64,000 nucleotides of DNA, from NCBI GenBank assembly GCA_052327205.1, contig CM126210.1, positions 177,878,001 through 177,942,000 on the forward strand. The letters are read 5' to 3'. Both the position numbers and the translations under genes were made by a program. How positions within the stretch are numbered: the stretch's first letter is position 1; each line of letters opens with the position of its first letter. Source of the stretch: Somniosus microcephalus (Eukaryota). The notes beneath the pieces were generated by a model. That model ran no database searches. It saw only the letters and a program-made list of their open reading frames with translations, and was not told where the DNA came from. This document shows positions 40,601 to 52,600 of the stretch, one piece after another.

Positions 40601-43600
40601 AGCTGTAGTATTGTTTCATCAGAGATGATGATTTAATGTTACTTGTGTTGCAGGCAGAGTTCTTCTGTCAGTTGTATAAACCTGCTGTTGGGCTCAGTGA
40701 GGTGGAAGTGACTGTAGGACGTGCTGTTTTGCCTCGAAGAAGAAGTGATGTCATCCTGTTGCAGTTGTAAGTGCAGTTTTAAAATTTAATATCTCAGTTG
40801 ATGATTTTAGGATTGCTTTTAATGAAGCTCAATTACTGTAATAATCAATATAACGCCAATAAATAAATGATTTGAAAGGATTAAGGCTACTGACTTGCAG
40901 TGACTGAACAAATTTAAGTTCTGTTTTTATGACCATGGTTTTTTTAAACTGACGTTTTAGGAATTACTTTCCAGATTCTACCAAGACACTAGTTTGTAAA
41001 AACATTGTGCAGTTTAATATTGTGCCACTTTTGAAAATTTCCTCAACCCCTATTATTGAATTTGTTTTGTTATGGTGCAGGTGACTGGGAATTTGGGGGG
41101 AAAAAATAATGTGATTGATACAGAAACTGCCAAGCAAGAGTCATGGTGTCTGAGAACAACGATTCGGTGATTTAAAAAAAAAAAAAATCTGTCACCACAC
41201 CCTTGCAGGATCTGTTTTGTGGCATTCGGACCATCTGCAAAAAGTAGAATGTTTTAATGTAATAGTCCCTGAAGAGGAGACTGAAGCAGCAGAACAGAGA
41301 ATAGTCACTCAGCAGCAGAAAGAGGAGTGCACTTTCTCCACACAACACCTTACTTCCTGATGTCATACTTTTTGTCAACCTTTTCCATTTATAAATTCCT
41401 CTGGGAATATTTGGAAGACCGAAGCCATTGTCTTAAGTCCCTGCCACAAACTTTGTTCCCTAGCCATCCCTATCCCTGGCTACTGTCTGAGGCTGAATCA
41501 GACCTTTCGCAACCTTGGTGTCCTATTTGACCCCAAGATTAGCTTCTGAAACCCCATATCCGCTCCATCACCGAGACCTCCTGCATCCACCTCATTAACA
41601 TCGCCCGTCTCTACCCCTGCCTCAGCTCATCTGCTGCTGAAACCCTCATACACCTCTTTATTACTGCCTAGACTCGAATATTCCAACGCTCTTCTAGTCA
41701 GCCTCACACGTTCTACCCTATGTAAACTTGGTCATCCAAAACTCTGCTGCCTGTCGCTTAACTTGGACCAAGTCCCGTTCACCCACCATCCATGTGCTCA
41801 TGGACCTAAATTGGCTCCTGATCTGGCAATGCCTTGTTTTTTTGTAAATTCCTATCCTTGATTTCAAATCTCTCCATGGCCTCGCCCCTCCCTATCTCTC
41901 CAGCCCTACAAGCCTTCAAGATATCTGCACTGCTCCAATTCTGGCCTCGTGCATCCCTGATTTTAATCACTCCACCATTGGCTGCCGTGCCTTCAGCTGC
42001 CTAGGCCTTGAGCTCTGGAATTCCCTCCCTAAGCCTCTGCCTCTTTACCTCCTTTTTAAAGATACTCTTTAAAACCTACCTCTTTGACCAAGTTTTTGGT
42101 CACTTGTGCTGATGTCACCTTGTATATTGGCTCAGAGTCAAATTTGGTTTGATAATGCTCCTGTGAAGCGCCTTGGGATGTTTTACTATGCTGAAGGTGC
42201 TATATAAATACAAGTTGTTGTCTAAATCTGTACTGGAATCTGCCTCTATATAAACAGGTCATTTTGTAATTGCACAGTTTGGCCACTGGTTGGCACCATC
42301 ATCAGTCATAAATTGCTCCATCCTTTCTAAAAATGCGATGCCATTAACCTGTTCTGATAGTTCAAGTGATGTTGAAAGATCCCATGGCATCATTCCAAGG
42401 AGTAGTTGGTTCTCCTGGCCGGTTTACTCTTCCCTCCACCAACACTATTTTGAAACTGATTCTCTTGCCTCTGGTGTTGGCTTGCGGCATCTTGAATGTG
42501 TGCGGTTAGTAGAGAGAGAACTAAAAGCAAAGGCATACCACTTGTTAAATGGGTTTGCAGTCTGCTACTTTTGCTGATTTTATAATGGTGGTTAACTGTG
42601 GCAAATGTCTTTCTGTCACTGCACATGTGGGGTTAAAGAACAGTTTTCCACAGGAAATTTGTCAGTTTTCTTGTGACTCATCCATTCAATTCAAATACAA
42701 GCATCATATAGGTTTGCTAAACAGCTCTAATAGAGTTGATAAATATTTAAATTTATGGAAGCATTTTTCTGTCCAGTTCCAATTTGGTTGTCTATCTAAA
42801 GCCATCAGAGAAATGCAAATAGGCCAAAGACAATTTGCATGGTGGTTGGCAGCAAATCGCCACTTGATGAGGGATCTGGTGCCAGATCCCCGTTCACATT
42901 GGGTAGCATGGCAGAGGTTATTTCTACTTTGTGTATTTGAAATGCTATTTAAGCTGCTATTTACTGCCCTGGTATTTCGATTAAGCAAGCATGACTTGGA
43001 TTAGTACTGCAGTGAACTTGTTCAGGAGTGAATGGATTGTATGTTTTTTACCAGCAGTCATGGTTTTTCTGAATAGTTTGATCTTGAATAGCCGTTCCAA
43101 TATGCCCATTGGTTACTGAGAGGTCTTTGATTTGAGGTTTCAAAAATTTAGTGTAATTTTTAATCATCAATCTACAATCCCAAGACTATATCTCTACATT
43201 GTAATTAACCTCTCTTTACTCAATACATTGCTAATGAGCATTTTTAACCAGGATGCTTTGTTTTTTATTCTGCGTGACTGAAATTCTTGTACTCTTTAAG
43301 GGAAACGCAGACCTTTTCAGCCACGCGACCCTCGTCTCTGCTATTGGAGCAGCTGGCTGTTTGTCTTGGTAAAGAGGAGCCTGTCTTACTGGTTGGTGAA
43401 ACGGGTACTGGAAAAACCTCTACTGTCCAGTACCTTGCCAGAATTACAGGTTGGTGGAACAATGTCAGTTGAATGCACTTCATCTTACTATGTGGAATAA
43501 GGTTGAATATTTCTTATGACGATAAAGTGGGAAAGTCAAGTCCGTGTAGTAAGAGAGATACTCTGTGGAAGGCTCCTGAATTAGATGATGGTGGTGTCAT

Positions 43601-46600
43601 GTTTGACTTCTAGTCTGTGTGCTCAATTCGCTGATCTTGGCTAGGGTAACATTAGGGATTCTACAGTTAGCCTCAGTGTCCTGGGCTATGAAGGGAGGGG
43701 AAAAAACCTGCCATGATTCAGGTTCCGAGAGTGCGCTTGTGTGGACGCCTGATGAAGACTGGATTGTGGTTGTCCATAATGCCCCATTTTGTGGATAATC
43801 CCCTGAACACACTATCTGGGCTGACGTTTGAAGAATGACCACTTAAACAAGGTACTGGAGGATGAGGACACTAGTGGAATTGCTCTCCAGCAGGAGCTGA
43901 TGTTTTCAGGAAAAAGTGGGAGGGTGTGGGGAGACTCAGGAGAAAGGGGGGGTGGGGTGGGAAAGTTGCCACCTAAATAAAGTTGAACTGTATAGCGCAT
44001 ACTTCTGTAATAAGTTATTAGAAGTCTGTACTTTGCTGAAGTGGGGATCACTGAACTTTTGTGTTCACCCGTTCTGTTGCATTTGGCTCTCCAGAGTTGG
44101 AATGGTTGTAACTGCACTTGTGCATTATACAGCAAAATGCTGCAATATTGTATGTCAGTTCCTGAAGGAAGGCAAATAAATGTGATTTTTAAAAATTTTA
44201 GCAGGCACTGTATAATTGGTGGCATTCTCTTTTTTTTCCTGACACTTTCTGTTGAACACTGATTTTTTTTGAATGACCATCAAAAAATGTTTCTTTTAGG
44301 GCAACCGTGCAGCAAGTTTTCTTCAGCCCACTCTATGCATTTCCTGAAATTAAAGTGTTGCTGTTTCAGCCAATTGATTGGAAGCTGAAATCCAATGATT
44401 GCCAGTTCAGATCCACCTTTTATCACACTTTTTTGTCTGTTCTGAGTCACATCGTTGGGGATGGAAACAAGTCAGACTTCTCACCCGCCCAAAAAATAAC
44501 ATTGGATAAATGTGTCTCCTGTTTGCTCACCTTGTTCTGGGTTTTTGTTCATGGCCAACATCAATAATTTGTCTATTGATTTATAATATCCAAATTTAGA
44601 GCACAAGCAGAATCTTTGGATATTATTTTGTCTAAATAGTAGCGAATTCATTTTTAAAATTTTATTTATTTCTTGGCAACAAACCATGGCTGAAGTTTTC
44701 TACATATCAATATTTCAGCAAATAAATTTAAACTGTCAATTTGGGTTTGTGTTTGATGACCCTTGGAAGTTCTGTTCTTGTGTGTTAAGTATTCTGGTGT
44801 AATTTGTTGTTTCAGGCCACAAACTGAAGGTGGTAAATATGAACCAACAGAGCGATGCAGCAGACTTGCTTGGAGGGTAAGTGTTGCATTTAAGGGCTGG
44901 TTTGAGGATTCTGATGGGGGAGAAGCTAGTATCTGAAGTATTAGCTGATTGCACACATGGCTATTTCTTGTCCTTAATTCTTATTTGGTGACAAAAAATC
45001 TAATTTAAATGACTAATGACTAACCTGAGATGATGGAAAGGTGATTAAAAATGCAATATTTCAAAATTTGGAATCTGCACTTTATGTTGGGCCTTGTGGT
45101 CTCAGTGGGCTGTTTAACTAATGACATCCTAATTGAATCTCCGACAGATTCTTTGCATTACTACCCGTGTTTCGCTACCAGTAATTAAAATGTTTACATT
45201 TTCTTACAGCAGAGACACCAGTCTAGGAACCAATCATAAAACATCAAGTTCAGTTTTTACAGGGAATCTATAGAAAGCCACAAAGCAATGCTGCCAGACA
45301 TGCCCCCCCCCCCCCCACCACCCCTGACACAGTGCTGTCGGGGCCAGGCCCTGCCTCTCATTGACGTCGGACACCAGGAATCCACTCGTGCTGCACCATT
45401 CACAGCTTTGTCAAACCCCAGGTTCCCCCTCTAGTGTTGCTCAGTCCTAAATATGCCAAAGATTATCTGGTCATTATCACATTGCTGTTTGTGGGAGCTT
45501 GCTGTGTGCAAATTGGCTGCCATGTTTCCTACATTACAACAGTGATTACACTCCAAAAGTACTTCATTGGCTGTAAAGCGCTTTGAATCGTCCAGTGGTC
45601 ATGAAAGGCACTACATAAATGCAAGTCTTTTCGTTAAAGAACATCTAGTGTGAAAAAGGGGAGCATAACCCACTTCTAGTAGCAGACTATAAATGGACAT
45701 TTAACGATTGGGATTTAATAATGAGACCACTGTCTGAAAACTATTAAGTTAGGGATATACTTCAAATACAGGGTATACCATAATGAGAGAAAAATGAGCA
45801 CATGGATAACATTGGTGCACTTCCTGGTGGCAATGCCAAGAGTAGCATCAGCATCCTTCAAGAGAAGGTTTCACTTTTGACTCATTCTCATGGAAGTAGG
45901 AGGCACATGCCCCAGGAAAGAGGCCAGTGAGGGAGGGATGACAGTTAAGTAAACTAAAGTAGGTGCCCCATAGAAGGGTACCTTCACTTCAAGTAACGTC
46001 AGTCAGCAGTCTAAATTTGATTTTCATTACTTGAACGCCAAACTCCCTGGTGAGGTTCTCCACTCTGGGTACATGAGTTCCCCCATGGGGGATGGCCGGG
46101 AGATCTACTGGTTCTTTATGACACTATTAAGTTCAGAAAATACTTGAACAGAAGGGTTTCTTTTCTTTAGAACATGGTTTTGAGAGCCAAAGTGCCCCTG
46201 ATTTTTAAATCTCTGAACCTGATCACTTTTTAAAGTAAGGTGCAACATCAGTTACTCCAAGTGCCAACAAATATGGCATGGGTTTTGATTTTAACTAACA
46301 TCTGGGATTTGTACTTGTTTCTGTTCAGGTACAAGCCGATGGACCGTAGACTTATTATGCTGCCTCTGCGAGAAACGTTTGAAGAGCTTTTCATTCAGAC
46401 GTACTCTAGGAAGCAGAACACTACTTTCTTGGGCCATATCCAAACGTGCTGCAAACAGAAGCGCTGGCAGGATTTACTCCGACTGATGCTGCACGTCTAC
46501 AAAACGGCCATCGATAAGGAACTGAAATCTAAGGACAACAGTGAGACATTTTTAAATGTTTTTGTTACATTGGCTTTCTGTGTGGGATGGGTTGGAGGAA

Positions 46601-49600
46601 GAGAATAGATTTTGGAAAAGTACATTGTCCATTGTTGCTTCTAGCAAATGGTCATTTTTAAAGCTGTGAAATAATAATGGATGGAAAAACACAATGCCTT
46701 CTCCCAAATATCTTGTTCCATTGTGATTCACATCCTCTAATGCCATAATAATTTATTTTAGTGTTACAATTGTATACTGGAAACTTGTCCCAATTGTCGG
46801 CAAAATTGACCCTAAAATGTGGCTTGTTTTGTCATGATGGATGCACGCAAGGTTTGTCAATGAAATTGAGTTCACTTTTGTGTGAGGTATTGTCACACTG
46901 TACAAAGTTAGCTATACTGTGCGTGTGTTTTGAAATGACAGTGGTAAAATAACAACTTGAATTTTTTTGTAACTACATATAGACCCGGATTTTGCTGGAG
47001 TGGGCCCTGTTAGTTCGACTTGTTCGTGCTCGTTTAGGTTTTAAAGAACTTTGCCCACAAATTTGCTGGCAGTGCAAGCTGATAATGGGGCCTTGGTGAA
47101 CAACAGGACCAATAGTCTATTTCCTTAATGAGGTTACATGATTGAGAAATAAACAGGAAGGACTTAGGAAGAGGGTGAATTCAAAAATTGGGTGTAGAGA
47201 GAAATGGACAGGAAAGAAAGATTGGATTGAGAGAGAGAGAGAGAAAAGAGGCAGAAAGGAAAATGAGAATTTAAAAAAAAAAAAAAAAAAAATTTGATGT
47301 TTTTATATCTCCAATAATTCACTACCTGAAGGAATGAAACTCCACACTTTTTAATTGTTCACTTTCTGGGCAAGGAAAGTTGATTGGCTGTTATGTACAA
47401 TTATCACATTGTTAAAATGGTACTTGCACTGTTGATTACTAGACTTAACTTCCTGTGGCGAGTTTAGTGGGCAATTGATGTGCAAATGCAGCAACTTTAT
47501 GAAAATCACGGGGATGTTAAGGGTGGGATGCAGTTTTCGCGAAGCTAACAGCGGAGCAGCGCAAATCGGCCAGCAACTTGTGGTGATTTGCAAATCATGG
47601 GGTATCTTTTGCCGGTCAATTTGCGCATTAATAAATGTGAATGTCATTCAGACACCGTTTCAGCATAATCTGAGTCATAGCTTAACAGTAGAATTTGGAG
47701 TATTGTATCTGAAAGGTGTTTTGTTTTATATAAAAGCTGATGTCCTCAGGGTAACAAAAGGTGTTTCGATTTCTGTGTAATTCACATCTGAAGAAGCTGA
47801 CTATCTGAATTTTTTTTTAATTTTTTTTAAACAATGGCATCTATTTTATTTTAGAAGCCTGGCTGAGAGAGAAATGGGAATTACTTGGTCTCCGTCTGAG
47901 TCAGGCTCAGCAACAAATGAAATTGACTGAATCGGCACTGGTATTTGCCTTTGTGGAGGTGAGGTGCGAGAGTGATTGACATCTTTGCCACTGAGCACTT
48001 GGAGTGATTCTCGAAGGGGGTCTTGCAATACTGGCTTGTTGCAAGGTTCTTTCATCAGTACTGTTATGATTGTGGGAACTACATTGCTTGTTCTCAAAAT
48101 ATTAAAGCGCGATTTATTTTTACAGTAAATTCTGGCCCGATGTATTGTAATTACTATCCTTGACTTCTGATCAAAAATTCAGGGCTTTCTGATTTTGTAA
48201 TTGATTTTTCTGTAATATTCCTGACAGTCACACATACAATGTATGGGAATGCCTCTATCCCAAATGATAATGACCAGCCTAATGCACAAGCCAGCAGAGT
48301 GCCAGTGAAAGCTGCTGAGAAATCGATAGTGAAGCTACTGTCTAACTGCCGGTGGCACACAGTGAAATCACTCTCTCTTTCTGGCTCATTCTTCGGGAGC
48401 AATCTACTTTAATTACATTTCCCTGCTCTTTTTCTCCACGCTTTTTAAAAAAAAAAGTATTTTTCTTGTTTAAATTCCATCTAAAACATTGTGGTTGGTC
48501 AGTTCAATAGTTACTTGTGATAACGCTCTCTATATTCTAATGCACTTGGACATGCAAAACATTTTTCCTAATTTGCCTTAGTACTCACCCTAAATTTATG
48601 CCTTTTTCTTTCCGATTCATTGACCAGCGGGAACAATCTTTTACCTTCACTTTTGAGCACTTCTATTAAAATCTGACCCCCAACCACTTTTAATTATACA
48701 GTAACAAAATACTGTGGATGCTGGAAATCTGAAATAACAGAAAATGCTGGAAACACTCAGCAGGCCAGGCAGCATCCATGGATAGAGAAACAGAGTTAAT
48801 GTTTCAGGTCGATGACACTTCGTCAGAACTGGAAAAAGTTAGAGATGTAACAGGTTTTAAGCAGGTGCAGGGGCAGGGAAAGGGGGTGGGGGGAGGGGAG
48901 GAAGGAACTAAAGGGACAGTCTGTGCTAGGATTGAACTGGAAAATTTAATTCACTTTGCTTCCAATTTCCACCCTTCCCTCACCTTCACATGGTCCATCT
49001 CCGACTCTTCCCTTCCTTGACTTCTCTGTCTCCATTTCTGGCGATAGACTATCGACAAACATCCACTACAAGCCCACTGACTCCCACAGCTACCTTGGCT
49101 ACACTTCCTCCCACCCCGCTTCCTGTAAGGACTCTATTCCATTCTCCCAGTTTCTTCGTCTCTGCCACATCTGTTCTGACGATGCCACCTTCCATACCAG
49201 TGCTTCCGATATGTCTTCCTTTTTCCTCAACCGAGTATTCCCCTGGCATTGCTTTCGACCGTGTCTGTTCCATTTCCCGCACTTCTGCTCTCACCCCTTC
49301 TCCCTCCCAGAACCACAATAGGGTTCTCCTTGTCCTCCCCTTTCACCCCACCAGCCTCCACATTCAACGGATCATCCTCCGCCATTTCCGCCACCTCCAA
49401 CGTGATCCCACCACCAAATGTATCTTCCCCTCGCCTCCCCTTTCAGCATTCCGAAGGGACCGCTCCCTCCGCAACACCCTGGTCCACTCCTCAATCATCC
49501 CCCAACAGCCCCTCCCCTCCCCACGGCACCTTCCCGTGCAAGCGCAGGAGATGCAACACCTGCCCTTTTACCTCCTCCCTTCCCACTGTCCAGGGCCCCA

Positions 49601-52600
49601 AACACCCCTTCCAGGTGAAACAGCGATTTACTTGTTGTACTTGCAATTTAGTATACTGTATTCGCTCACGATGCGGTCTCCTCTACATTGGGTAGACCAA
49701 ACGCAGATTGGGTGACCGTTTTGCGGAACGCCTCCGTTCTGTCTAAGGGGGACCCCGAGCTTCCGGTCGCCTGTCACTTTAATTCTCCGCTCCACTCCCA
49801 CTCTGACCTCTCTGTCCTCGGCCTCTAGCACTGTTCCAGTGAAGCTCAACGTAAGCTCGAGGAACAGCACCTCATCTTTTGATTAGGCACTTTACAGCCT
49901 TCTGGACTCAACATTGAGTTCAACAATTTCAAACTATAACTCCATCCCCCATTTTTTAAGGCGGCAGCTGTTGATGATTCTGCCATCCGCATTTGCAACA
50001 TTTTATCTCTTTGTTCAATCCTAGCACAGACTGTGTCTCTTTAGTTCCTTCCTCCCCTTCCCCCCCTCCCCCCGCCCCACCTTTCCCTGCCCCTACACCT
50101 GCTTAAAACCTGTTACATCTCCAACTTTTTCCAGTTCTGACGAAGGGTCACAGACCTGGAACATTAACTCTGTTTCTCTCTCCCACGGGTGTTGCGCAAG
50201 AATAGTATCACAACTGAACATTATTCTGTTTTCATTGAACATCCACGCGTGCACTTTCCAGCAAGGATCGTTCAGTAGTAATCAGGATAGAAGTGCGGGA
50301 AATGGAACGGACACGGTCAAGGGCCGTGTCAACCACAGTAGAGGGGAATCCTCAGTTGAGAAAAAAGGAAGACCTGTCGGAAGCACTGGTATGGAAGGTG
50401 GCATCGTCAGAACAGACGCGGCGGAGATGGAGAAACTGGGAGAATGGAATAGTCTCCTTGCAGGAAGTTGGGTGGGAGGAAGTGTAGTCCGGGTAGCTGT
50501 GGGAGTCGGTGGGCTTGTAGTGGATGTTTGTCGAAAGCCGATCGCCAGAAATGGAGACTGAGAAGTCAAGGAAGGAAAGGGAAGAGTCGGAGATGGACCA
50601 TGTGAAGGTGAAGGAAGGGTGGAAATTGGAAGTAAAGTGAATGAACTTATCTAGTTCAGGGCGAGAGCAGGAAACGGCACCGATGCAATCATCGATGTAC
50701 CGGAAAAAGGCGAGGGAGGGGACCTGAGTAGGACTGGAACAAAGAATGTTCCACATATCCCATAAATAGGCAGGCATAGCTAGGGCCCATGCGGGTTCCC
50801 ATAGCAACACCTTTAATTTGGAGGAAGTGAGTGGAGTCAAAGGAGAAATTGTTCAATGTGAGAACAAGTTCAGCCAGGCGGAGGAGGGTGGTGGTGGATG
50901 GGGACTGGTTGGGCCTCCGTTCAAGGAAGAAGCGGAGCGCCCTCAGGCCATCCTGGTGGGAGGATGGAGGTGTAGAGGGATTGGACGTCCATAGTGAAAG
51001 GGAGACGGTTGGGGCCTGGAAACTGTTAGTGACAGAGGGCGTCGGAAGAGTCGCGAATGTAGGTGGGTAGAGACTGGACAAGGAGAAAAAATAGAGTTGA
51101 GATAGGAAGAGATAAGTTCCGTGGGGCAAGAACAGGCTGAAACGATGGGTCTACCAGGGCAGTCCTGTTTGTGGATCTTGGGAAGGAGGTAGAAGCGGGT
51201 TGGGGGACTATGAGGTTGGCGGCCATGGAGGGAAGATCTCCAGAGGAGATGAGGTCGGTAACAGTCTTGGAAACAATGGCTTGATGTTTGCTAGTGGGGT
51301 CATGGTCCAGGTGGAGGGAGGAGGAGGTGTTGGAAAGCTGGCGTTCAGCTTCTGCACGGTAGAGGTCGGTTCGCCAAACAACAACCGCACCACCCTTATC
51401 AGCAGGTTTAATGATGATGTTAGGGTTGGATCGGAGAGAACGGAGTGCTGGAAGTTCAGAGGGAGGTAGGTTGGAGTGAGAGGGGAGCAGAGAAATTGAG
51501 ACGGCTGATGTCACGTCGGCAGTTAGCAATGAAAAGATCTAGAGAGGGTAAGAGGCCAGAGGGAGGGGTCCAGGTAGAACGAGAATTTGGAAAGCGGGAG
51601 AAAGGGTCAGCTGTGCGGGGGGGAAGACTCCTGGGTTCCCCTTGTCCTCACCTTTCACCTCACCAGCCTCCACATTCAACGGATCATCCTCCGCCATTTC
51701 CGCTACCTCCAACGTGATCCCACCACCAAACACATCTTCCCCTCCCCTCCCCTTTCAGTATTCCGAAGGGACCGCTCCCTCCGCGACACCTGATCCACTC
51801 CTCAATCACCCCTAACAGCCCTTCTCCTTTGCCTTCACCTGGCATCTTCCCGTGCAAGCGCAGGAGATGCCTTCCCACTGTCCAGGGCCCCAAACACCCC
51901 TTCCAGGTGAAACAGCGATTTACTTGTACTTCTTGCAATCTAGCATACTGTATTTGCTGCTCACGATGCAGTCTCCTCTACATTGGGGAGACCAAACGCA
52001 GATTGGGCGACCGCTTTGCGGAACACCTCCGCTCAGTCCGTAAGGGTGACCCTGAGCTTCCGGCCGCCTGTCACTTTAATTCTCCGCGTCACTCCCACTC
52101 TGATCACTCTGTCCTCAGCCTATTACATTGTTCCAATGAAGCTCGAGAAACAGCACCTCCTCTTTCGATTAGGCATTTTACAGCCTTCTGGACTTAATAT
52201 CGAGTTCAACAATTTCAGATAATAATCCCTGCCCCCATTTTTCATGCTGTATTATTTTTGCCACTCCCATTTGCAACATTTTATCTTTCCTGCCTCTTAC
52301 AAAAGTACAGGATGTTCTTTCTATTTCTTCCTCCCCTCCTAACCCCCCCCCCCCCCTTGTCTCTGCACCTGCTTAATATCTGTTACATCTCCAGCTTTTT
52401 CCAGTTCTGATGAAGGGTCCCAGACCTGAAACGTTAACTCTGTTTCTCTCTCCACGGATGCTGCCTGGCCAGCTGAGTATTTCCAGCATCCGCAGTATTT
52501 TGCTATTGTATTGGGAACCTTGTTGATTTTTCTATTCCCTAAGGTAAAGGCTCTGAACCTAACTAGCGTCCTATCGCCACTCAACTGAAATTAGTCGCTC

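Larger units (their letters stand above)
48700..50195 (+). mobile_element. Penelope-like element (RT C-terminus + GIY-YIG + 3'UTR) preceded by an inverted copy of its own 3' end
   Basis: [16 protein letters not shown] / LPFLD / [11 protein letters not shown] (RT); [13 protein letters not shown]...[21 protein letters not shown] (GIY-YIG); 48780-48939 is the reverse complement of ~50013-50190. Confidence 0.88.
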
